Shown here: positions 40,820 through 51,480 of the stretch, piece after piece | Layout: each line of letters starts with the position of its first letter | How positions within the stretch are numbered: the first letter of the stretch is position 1 | Source of the DNA: Lingula anatina | Lineage: Eukaryota > Animalia > Brachiopoda | Direction of reading: 5' to 3' | Assembly (NCBI GenBank): GCA_051362555.1 | Contig: CM120641.1 | Location: 22,946,401 to 23,010,400, forward strand | Length of the DNA stretch: 64,000 bases | The notes under the pieces: model-generated | Databases searched by the model: none | What the model was told of the DNA's origin: nothing | Seen by the model: the letters and a program-made list of their open reading frames with translations, nothing else | Program-made: the position numbers and the translations under genes

Positions 40820-41580
40820 TAAAGATAAATCTGAGGACATCTTCAGCTTTGTTTTTAGTTATTAATTGTTGCTAGCAGCAATGTGATTTTCAATATCCAG
40901 CATACTCAGTTTCCTCTGCACTGGGGCACTGACGATATTTGCCCCTGGGTGGATGGTGTGAACCCATTGGTGTCTACGCTCCTGCTGCCGTCATCACTGT
41001 AACTATATCGCCGTTCCGCTTGCTTCGGTAGAACATTTTTTATTCCTCCACCACTTATTAAAGTGACAATAACAACGATCTGGAGCTTTCAAACATTTAT
41101 TTCACACAATTTATTATCTAAATTGGGAACCCAATCCGTAGGCCTACTGATCATGCATTTACTTGTTTTGTTTTTTTTTTTCACTGTCTTTGCGTGATTG
41201 CAAGGAATTTTCCATTCTCATGTTGCAAGCCACCATGCAACATTTCCTTATAAGGTAATCTCTAAGAGACTTGTTTTCAATTTAAAATATTTAAAATATT
41301 ATTTGAATTACTCATGCAACACACCTGATCCATCCTTATTTTGCATGTGTTTTACACGTGACAGAAACTGGCAACTCTATTGAGAAATTAACCAATCAAA
41401 TCGAACTATATGTGACCTTGACATGTTCCTTCTTTTCCACTGAGAGAACAATTTCTACACTTGTTGACACTAAAAGAAAATTAACTTGCACTAAATAATC
41501 TCCTTTCCTTTTACTCGTTTGATTCCGTTTTAATTATTATCTGCAATTAGTAAAAGTGTTAAGTTATTTGCTTTACAACA

Positions 41581-42900
41581 AAATTTTCGCAGGGGTTGTG
41601 TACAAATTGACACTCACCTCGTGCAGTCAGACCCTGTGTTCAACAGCAGTCGCCTGTGCTCAGATTGGTGTTTCACCATCTGGAATTGTACAAAAATACA
41701 TTATTTGAATTTTCTTCAGTCACTGGGGAAACTTTACCTGTATTGGGGGATTTTTGTATTTACACAGTAGCTGTTAGAAAAATTCGGTTTCGCTTTCTCT
41801 TTGCTTTGACATCAGGTTAACAACGGGAAATTTTCCTACAGAACGAATCCACATTTTACTAAATCCCTGTGTACTTAATACTTAGCCTTTGGATCAGAAC
41901 CATTACAGGTCCCAGCTGTTAATCAAAATGAATGTCAATATGTCACACCGTCCCGATTTTTAAGTTCCGTTTTAATATTATCTGCAATTAGTAAAAGTGT
42001 TAAGCTATTTGCTTTACAACAAAATTTTCGCAAGGGTTGTGTACAAATCGACACTCACCTCGTGCAGTCAGACCCTGTGTTCAACAGCAGTCTCCTGTGC
42101 TCAGATTGGTGTTTCACCATCTGGAATTGTACAAAAATACAGTATTTGAATTTCATTCAGTCACTGCTGGTCCCAGCTGTCCCAGCTGTTAATCAAAATA
42201 AATGTCATTGTGTCACGCCGTCCTGATTTGAGTCTAGATAAACATAGACACTTTGGCAGTTACGCTGATTTAAACCCCTGTCAATACACCATACATATCA
42301 CATATCACCATACATATCACTGTCTCCCAAAAATAAGTGTTAAATTGAGCTAATAAATTATAATAAAAAATAACACTCAGTAACAGGAGCAAACTCAATA
42401 TATCGCGCTGTCCTGATTTGAGTCTAGATAACGCTGGTTTATGCCTCTGGTTTATACCTCTGTCAATACACCATAAAACATATTTTTTCTTAAATGGAGT
42501 GAAAATTATGAACGAATTTATAGATCACGTTACCGAAAAAAAACCCCGACCATTTACCATTCTTAGTCGTGTGTAGGTGTATGATATAGAATGATTCACT
42601 ATGAAAAACTTTGATTTGTCAAAGGAGAAGCGAAAGAAAATTGGAATTTCCAACGTGTTTTTCCCAATCAAAAGTCCCAGTAACTGAGTTGAAAAAAAAA
42701 CTGTCGTTAAATTTGTGATTCATCATGTTAGAGAAAATAAATTGTATCAAAAAAAAACCCAGGTTACAAATCAATACTTGTCATCGTCTGATACAGGTGT
42801 ATATAAGGACGTGTGGACAGCAGTAGCCTGTACACAGACTGCAGACACCGCGCTCTCGAGTGTACAACACTGTCGACCACAAGACACCTGAACGCTGTAG
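41581..42900. repeat. Dispersed duplicated segment, copy B, with local tandem duplication (41527-41720 repeated at 41966-42165)
   Basis: Same blocks as 25036-26140, in the same orientation. Confidence 0.85.
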
Positions 42901-42953
42901 ATTTTTGACGGTGACAAGATACGACGGAGTTTAAGGTAAATACTCTTCTGTGC

Positions 42954-43000
<47 letters not shown>

Positions 43001-44309
43001 TAGGCCTGTATTCACACGGTGTTTAACGACATACAGGTACATGTAGGTTGCTTTAGCATATCCTTTATATATATAATTTAATTACTCTCTTTGAGCACAG
43101 GGTTTAAACTACTGCACATGTGCGTAAATATGCTGTTTGGTAGACAAATTGGTGAAATGTACAGAACCTGCCGGTGTTTACGAACTGGTTGATTTTATTT
43201 AATTTGCTTTCTGGTGTCGTTTTGAGCAATTTAATTGGAAATGGTTTGCTTATTTTGCCTTTATTGTGAGGGGATTCTATTTGTATTTAATAGTGTTATA
43301 TATACCCCCCCCCCCCCCCCGCCCACCCCTTGATAACGAAAATTCTCCTTCTTGGCTAGTATGAATGTTATAACAAAATGCATTCGAAAACGTAGGAAGG
43401 TTCATTTTAGGGAATTCATTTAAGCAAACCCACGTACCCCGGCGAAATTACCCGAAACGGTATTTCCCCAAAATGGTGCTACAGCGTCATCTGTTGGGCA
43501 CTGCACTTAAAATCTCTGTCTAAAATTGTCCTTTTAGGAAGTATGTTTATAAGAACATGGCATTAAATGTTCAAGTCTAATGCTGTCTTGTATGGTGTCT
43601 TATATCCGGCACTTCTTCTCCGAGACCGCAAGGACCTGTGTCCCCATCTCTTGGATTTAGGTCACGTATAATCTCAACTTGAATCCCCTGGTTTTTTGTC
43701 TCAGTCAGTGCATTGGTTTGGGCGTAACGGTCGTTGAAATGCACCCTTATCAAAAATTTTGAAAATTCAATGCTAAATATCTCTCAAACCGAAGGAATTA
43801 TGGGAAAATTTCTATAGAAGTCTGACCTAAAGTCATATGCGGAGATTCCAAATATGCCCTTGGATTTGACCTTTTACCTTTTATTTCAAGGACAACCGGG
43901 CCAAAATTTGCCCTAAAGTGGAAATTTTCTGCAAAATAAATTGTTTGTGCCAATTTTCAGAAACTACACAGACTTAGCTCTCATATTAGAGTTGGGGAGG
44001 GGTTAAAATAAGGAGCTCCTTTCATCTTCAGCAGTTTGGGGCCAATCGCTGCATTTTCAAGGGAGAAACAGCCATTAGATCCCAAAGTTGAAAACGCTCT
44101 CTAATTCTGGAACCGTAAATGCTAGAAACCTCTTTCTTTTTGCATTTTGTAGAGCTTGTCAAGCATAATACTAGAAGTATTGTCGGTTTTTTTAATTTTG
44201 GTTTTCGATATGGTTTAGTAGTTGCGCTATACCAAAAAGTACAATGTAGCAATATTCAGTGTGGAAATAAAACGTGAAGTACAGTACTCCAAAATTAGCA
44301 AAGAAAGAC

Positions 44310-44757
44310 CTATTCCTATAGTCTCTATGAAACTTGAATAAGAAATCATATACTGGCAACCTTACTGTTGACCTTGAAATTGACTTTTGACCTATTTTTC
44401 ACCATGAATTGAACTTTGCAAGTTTTCCATCTTTTAAATCTCCAAAACTGGCATATTTACGCCCATAGTAACTAATGAATTTGAATAGGAACTTGATATA
44501 CTGGCAATCTAAATGTGACCTTGAAATTAACCTGTGACCTACTTTTTAACATGAACTTGATTTTGCAAGTTTTCCAGTCGTTACATCTCTAAAACTGGCA
44601 GAAATGCGCCCAAAGTTACTATCGAACTTGAATAAGAAGTCATATACTGGGAATCTAACTGTCACCTTGAAATTGACATTTGACCTAGCTTTCACCATGG
44701 ACTGAACTTTGTATATATTCCATCTCTTATATCTTCAAAACTGACAGATATATGCCC
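44310..44757. repeat. Short tandem array, ~147-bp period, ~3 units
   Basis: atactgg(c/g)aa..t..gaccttgaaatt anchor at ~44350, ~44498 and ~44644. Confidence 0.8.
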
Positions 44758-45922
44758 AGTGTTGCCCCTGGGTTTCAATGTCTGCGAGTTGACAGAGCAA
44801 TATAGGGCCCCAACAAAACAAGGGGGTCTGGGGCATGCTCCCCTGGAAATTTTTTAATATCAAGGTGCAATTTGGTGCATTTTAGGTTTTTTGGAACAGA
44901 TTTTTCAACATTTTATGTGGCACATAAATGTCTTGTTGAAGCTTTATTGAGTAAGTAAAGTAATGAAATGATGAAAAAATTGGTACGGATTGAAAGGAAG
45001 CATTAGCTTTGCAGCCATTCTCCGAGTGGGCAAAGACAAACATTTCTACAAATTGTGCAATTTTTACACATGAAGTCTAGAAAAATAGTAACTAAAAATA
45101 AATCTTAATTCTACTTAAAATATACACATAAATCTACTAAGATAGTAAATGGAAAATTTTTCTGTGAAAAATATACAAAATACAAGGCCTAATTAATTGT
45201 GAAAAACAAACAATTCTACGTACAATATCTGTGAATATCTGTGGAAAATCAATCTGTCGCCGTGGTAGAGGGTAAGCTATGACAATGATTTTTGCCATAA
45301 ATTAGGCACCGTTCACATGAAAAATCCAAATTTCCAAAATCCATTGGCGGTATCTAGTGATCACAGTCTGTGGCCTGAATACCCAGCGGCGTAATTAACT
45401 AGCAGAGTGAGTGAGTTACTTTCCTGGAAAAGGTCAGAGATGTAGGAAGGTCAAGCATATGTAGCCTGTTCAAGTGCAAAGTGCTAAGACCTGGCATATT
45501 TAACAGCTTATCGTAGCTGCTTGTGTGGTTGTCATAGACAAATCTTAGACAACTTACCTATATCTTTTCTAATTTTTTCATATTTCCCTCACCACAAAAA
45601 TGCCATACTAATGGACAATAATTGAAGTTTAATAATGTAAATTGCCTGAATATAGCAAGCCTTTTCAGGGTGTTTAATTGACATGCTGTTTTAGAACATA
45701 AAAGTCAGTCTTGAGTCAAAAGAAATCTCCTAGGAGTTTAACCCAAGTTTCTGGTTTTACCAATTTTCCATTGAAAGATAATTGAATGAAAATTGCTAGG
45801 ACCCCCTCATTGCATGACTGTTCAATGCACTGTCACACTTCATTTTATGTACAAAGCAGTACTTGAACTTCTACCTACCCCCTTAGCTTATTCTAAGGTA
45901 AAACTATATAAACAAAAACCTT

Positions 45923-46852
45923 CCCAGCAGGCATAGTCGCGTTGGATCAACGCTGAAAACAGGTTGATACGTTGAAATGCCATTGATTTACCTAAATTCA
46001 ACGTTAAATCAACGTTGATCTAGCCACGTCAAAACACCGCCATAGTGTTACGTTGACTCACGTTGTATTTTGGTCATTGACACAACCTTGCAGTTATGGA
46101 TTGTAATTTAAAATATTAATTATTGAAAATGTGATACTTTGTTATCAATATTGTAACTAAATTTATCAAAATAATAACAAAAGGGTTTTAAAGTAAAAGT
46201 GACAGTTGTGTCTTTTTCTTAACTTGTTATCCAGAAATACATTCCAATAAACTGAACTCCTTGCAAGGTCTGCTAACACTAGGATGAATAAGTTGCTATA
46301 AATGTGATGGAGTGAAGCCAATAAAATTGACAGTTCTTGGTAACCTGTTATAGATAGACAGGTTGAGGTGACTGTATATATATAGTTATAGTTTTCTTTA
46401 CATATATATATAGGCCTAGATATAGATATAGATATAGATATATAGGCCTATAAGAAAATAATTATATATATATATATAAAGCAGGCACTTGGATGTTTTT
46501 ACAGTGTATGTTTTTATTGTGTACCTGTGTTTTGTACCAAAAATAAAAACATTTTAGGTCATTTTAATGTCCTTTTATGCAAGAATGTTGTCCAAAAACT
46601 GGGGTTGATACATTGTTATCTGACGTTGATCTAATTTTCAAATCCAGTGATAACGACTTGTCAACGTTGAAGCTCAACATTGTTTCAACGTTGAAACAAC
46701 ATAATTTCCCGCTGGGTGGGGTTGATATATTGTTTTCTGACGTTGATACAATTACCGTTGTTATCTGAGGTTGACACAACTTTCAAACCCAATGTTTATC
46801 CAATGTCTTCTCAACGTTATGGTTCAACGTTGTTTCAACGTTAAAACAACAT
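45923..46852. mobile_element. Non-autonomous CACTA/EnSpm-like element, copy 4 (right end lost)
   Basis: cccagcaggcatagtcgcgttggatcaac start, colinear with copies 1 and 2; internal ttcccgctgggtggg as in copy 1. Confidence 0.8.
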
Positions 46853-47250
46853 ATTACCTGAAAACTTGATATGTATAGCATAACTACACCTTACACTTGA
46901 ACATGAAAAAAGCGGTAGGATAAAGAACATTGCATTTCTGAATAGGTAATTCTAGAGCAATATGATTAACAATTCCATCACTAAAAAAATAAATAAGTAG
47001 AAAAATAGAAAATCAAACGTTACTTACATATTCACTTCGTAAACTGCTAGTATCTTCTTTTCTCTTTCTTTCTCTGCTTTCTCTCTTTCTACTTCTACAT
47101 TCTCCTAACCAGTTATCTTCTCTTTCAGTTCAAAACCAAAATTTGTTGATGCTCGCTTTTTACCAGAATATCCCTGCTGACTCTTGAATAAGTATCTTGA
47201 AAGTGATCAACTGACTGCAAACCTTGCCACCCAGTTCCCTAATCAGCTAT

Positions 47251-47303
47251 GATTCAGATTCAGATTCTTTATTTATAAACACCTTCACATACAAGGTACA
47301 ATC
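47251..47303 (-). mobile_element. LINE 3' tail with (GAATCT)n
   Basis: Minus strand reads gattgtaccttgtatgtgaaggtgtttataaataaagaatctgaatctgaatc, matching the 3' UTR end at 12640-12677. Confidence 0.65.
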
Positions 47304-47313
47304 TGTAAACAAC

Positions 47314-48434
47314 GGTCAGCACTAGATCATAGACGGCAGCGGGACGGAAGTGAGAAATCCAACATGGCGGCCCCTAGCCACGGCTGATAGTTGAATGTTG
47401 TAGTGCCGATCAAAACACAGTTCAATTGATTTTTTAAATCGTATAATAACTAGGAATATAGCATGTAATTTTTATTTACTTTTTAATTTATCTTTTTTAT
47501 TTCTTAATCGTATTATACCTTGGATTTTGTAAACTTTGCGATTTGAATAAAGTAGATGAGTTCCACCTCCTGCTAGGGTGCAAAGCATATGATTCCTTCA
47601 GAGGGCAGCTGTCAGAGTTCCTACTCCTAGGCGACTTCAGCTTTAATGCACTGTTTAATTTTCTTATGGGTGCTCAAGACTTAAATATTCTTAGAATGGT
47701 TATGCGTTTTGTAAATAGATGCTTCCAACAAAGGGAACAAACCCTCTCTTAATACATTGTACTCTTTTCAGTGTATGTATTTAAATTCATCGCCTGCAGA
47801 TTATCATTACACATTTTATATATATCACTTTATAAACTCATTTATTAGTATTATTATACATATATCTAATTGGGTCTAAATGCGTTCCCACGTCCTGCAA
47901 ATTTACGTATCTGTAGCTGGAGTTGTCTGTTTTACTTCTATGATTGTACTTCGGCCCTTTTTTAAACACGTATTTATCTATATCGCATCAAAATCATGTA
48001 TATGTATTCATTTACTTGTTTGTAGCCTACTCTGCTATAGTTAGATGTAGGCCTACTGTCTTTGATTACATACCCTATTTGTGAAGGTGTATCGATAACG
48101 AATCCCTAGTGATATAGCATACATGTATATTTTCCTAGATATTTGCTGTAAAACTACATCCTATAAATATTCACTGAAATATCAAGTGATGCATTTTTTA
48201 AATTCCATGAGTATATATTATGAGCGTGCCTTGGTATGTCCATATACAAACATGGGCATCGCATGTAGGACATTTCACAAAAATGTAATTTTTGATGATA
48301 GCTGCCGTCAGTAGCCAACCGCTACCCGGGTATTTGTTGGACGAAAATCGGTAAACGGCCAGAGGCAATGTCTCGGCGGCGCGGGGGGCCGCCATGTTGG
48401 ATTTCTCACTTCCGTCCCGCTGCCGTCTATGATC
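47314..48434 (+). mobile_element. TIR element (~50-bp TIR) carrying a LINE 3' end, copy 1
   Basis: gatcatagacggcagcgggacggaagtgagaaatccaacatggcggcccc at 47325-47374 and its reverse complement at 48385-48434; LINE fragment FCKLCDLNKVDEFHLLLGCKAYD inside. Confidence 0.8.
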
Positions 48435-49523
48435 GTTTTTCTTTGAAATAATATATGTGTTGTTATTTTTAATAAAGATGTAACCTGCAAATAAATGTAC
48501 TTTTTGCGACGGTCTGAGACCGCCATTTTTTCGTCATTATTTGAGCTGCATCTTGGATTATTTCTTCTGGTGACAATACAAGAAATAACACGTTCTTGAA
48601 ACTTTGAAATTTTAAACCTTAGGTGGTGTTTTAACTTATATCTAAAAATGAGATAAATTCGAGGCTGGAAACTTTTTTCTCGCAACATAGTCCCGACCTC
48701 TACGATACTCATTTTGATAACGATTTTATTTTCAAAATTCAAAATCGTGAACATATTTCATTAAAATTTTTGCATATTTCAGTAATCCTTTGAAATCGAG
48801 GGTAAGGGCATGAACTTTTCTTATGATCTTTACAAAATTACAAGTAAAAACGCCCTGGTTTGTTTTTAAACTGGTTTTATTTGCAAGGTACAGTTTTTCA
48901 CGTCAGCCATCGCATTTGTCCAGAAATGGCGCTACTTCGTGACGCGGACTCACTGAAAAGTTTCAAATAACCGCCATGCATGACGTTACGTTTTTCAGCC
49001 GGTTGCCATCTGACTACAACGTGACTCCAAGATGGCGTGGTGTCGCCAAGCGTCTTTATTACGTAACACAAATAGGTCATACATTTAACGACATTATGAT
49101 ACATCTTCCTTTTTTTACAACAAATGTTTCTCAATAAACTTAAGCTTAAGCTTTAATCTACAATGTTTGTTCTTATTTCAACAACGAAATAATGTCCTTT
49201 AACACTCTTCAATAAGTCTCTTTGGTTTAACAATGTTTCTACCACTAGGCCTACGAGTCTTGACATCAGGTAGAGTTACAGCTTGTGGCATAACATTAAA
49301 GTAATAATAACTCTTCGTTTTGGCCCAAAATTGGATTTTCCTGGAAAAAAACGGCAATTTTCCCGTACTTACCAATGGTCAACGACCCTATTCCTGCATT
49401 CAAAGGTAGTCCATGGTTTTTTTCCTAAACGCTTGGTTTTTTGTTAAAATCTCTTAAGAGATTTTAACTGACGGAGCCCTCTCTGACATTGAAGTCACGC
49501 GATATCGAGCGGGGTTTTCTAAT

Positions 49524-50480
49524 GGTCAGCACTACATGTAGATCATATACGGCAGCGGGACGGAAGTGACTAATCCAACATGGCGGCCCCCAGCGCCGCC
49601 GCAATCGGCAATCCTCGGCTCATTCCGCAAGCTCCATACTAACCATACTTATTGTCGAGTGCGGAGACATCCGAGTAGTTCCGAGTGGCGCCGCCGAGAC
49701 ATTTATAGGATGTAGTTTTACAGCAAAATATCTAGGAAAATATACATGTATGCTATATCCCTAGGGATTCTTTATTGATACACCTTCACAAATAAGGTAC
49801 AATCAAAGACAGTACATCTAACTATAGCAGAGTACAAACAAGTAAATGAATAAATATACATGATTTTGATGCGATATAGTTGAATACGTGTTTAAAAATG
49901 GGCCAAAGTACAATCATAGAGGTAAAACAGACAACTCCAGCTACAGATACGTAAATTTGCAGGACGTGGAAACGCATTTAGACCCAATTAGATAAATGTA
50001 TAATAATACTAATAAATGAGTTTATAAAGTGATATATATAAAATGTGTAATGATAATCTACAGGCGATAAGAGAGGGTTTGTTCCCTTTGTTGGAAGCAT
50101 CTATTTACAAAACGCATAACCATTCTAAGAATATTTAAGTCTTGAGCACCCATAAGAAAATTATACAGTTCATTAAAGCTGAAGTCGCCTAGGGGTAGGA
50201 ACTCTGACAGCTGCCCTCTGAAGGGATCACGTATTGAATCATATGCTTTGCACTCTAGCAGGAGGTGGAACTCATCTACTTTATTCAAATCGCAAAGTTT
50301 ACAAAATCCCAGGTATAATACGATTAAAAAATAAAAAGATAAATTAAAAAGTAAATTAAAATTATATGCTATATTCCTAGTTATTATACGATTAAAAAAA
50401 AAACAATTGAACTGTGTTTTGATCGGCACTACAACATTCGACTATCAGCCTTAGCATCTCGTCGCTAGGGACCGCCATGT
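49524..50480 (-). mobile_element. TIR element carrying a LINE 3' end, copy 2 (inverted relative to 47314-48434)
   Basis: 49704-50450 is the reverse complement of ~47382-48165; same TIR at 49541-49590. Confidence 0.8.
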
Positions 50481-51377
50481 CCACTCTCTACTCCAACTGC
50501 ATGTATCTTTCTTACAGCTCTGTAATATAAAATAACTATAAATATAAAATAGAAATATAAATATGTACCATAAATGTACATGTAAGTTTCGCTTTTATTA
50601 ACAGTCTTGAAGTTAAACGAGTATAAATGTATAAAACTTATAATTAATTTATAATGGTTTGCAGCGCTTCTCCTTATTGCTCTTTTCTGATTGTCGGTTG
50701 TTCGTCTTCTGTACCTGCCATGTTGTAAATAAGGTCGCACTTCTTGAAAATCCATGCTGACAGAGTAAGACATCGCGAAGAGCTAGCCATTTTATACCCT
50801 GAGAAACATGGAACACATTCCTTTTGGGTTGATTCAATTTTAATTTAGGTTATGCAACTTAAATTAAAACTTTATATAAATTGGTAAACAAAATTAAATG
50901 AGTACATTTTTAATTACACTCCACAAGCATGTATATTTAATAACTAATTAATTTCGTCAGTTTCCAGAAAATACATATTTTGCACAATTTGGCATTGATG
51001 CACTGTATAACGCTAGCTGTCACACATTTATGTCACACATTTATGTCATTGTAGCCTAAGTCACGCGTATAGTCTAAATAAAAGGAACGTTTTGCACAAT
51101 TTAGCATCGATTCATTGTGTATCAATAGCTTGCACACATGTGCGAGTGGTAATCAAATAAGTCACGCGTGTATATAGTCCAAAGCATCACAATGCAATGG
51201 GATATGTGTGAAATATTTTACGTAAGTCCAATTAAAAAAGGTATGGAATGTAATCAAAAGTGAGTATAACACATATTATTGCGGAATGACACACTATAAA
51301 TGGACAGTAAGTTAAATATTTAACTATAGATTTAAAAAACAAGAGTGAAAATAGAGGCGTTAAAATGTCAACTCTAG

Positions 51378-51480
51378 TGTGGGACTCGAACCAACATATT
51401 GTTTAATTTCTGCATACTTCCCTGTCATTGGATACCATAGTAGGCTTATCACCCGTGTCGCTGTCCACTACACCACCAGG
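51378..51480 (-). other. tRNA-like Pol III promoter remnant (possible SINE head)
   Basis: Minus strand A-box-like TGGTGTAGTGG and B-box GGTTCGAGTCC with long spacing; no convincing cloverleaf. Confidence 0.4.

Larger units (their letters stand above)
32156..41070 (-). mobile_element. Decayed Gypsy LTR retrotransposon, fragmented by nested insertions
   Basis: Minus strand: CCHC knuckle (~39760-39825), protease AYVDTGAVI (~39600), RT (QLPLNPETKHKTAF ~36240-36410; KPSKCKF..KYLGH ~35970), RNase H region (ILAYPD..FTLTTDAS ~35280-35340), integrase (SDRG, TTPCAQSTKFSPYHLVFGREMR, KGPY, VHANRLK). Confidence 0.85.

Noticed and set aside
51378-51480. Functional tRNA gene
   Set aside because: A and B boxes are present but no acceptor or anticodon stems could be paired, and it lies inside nested TEs.
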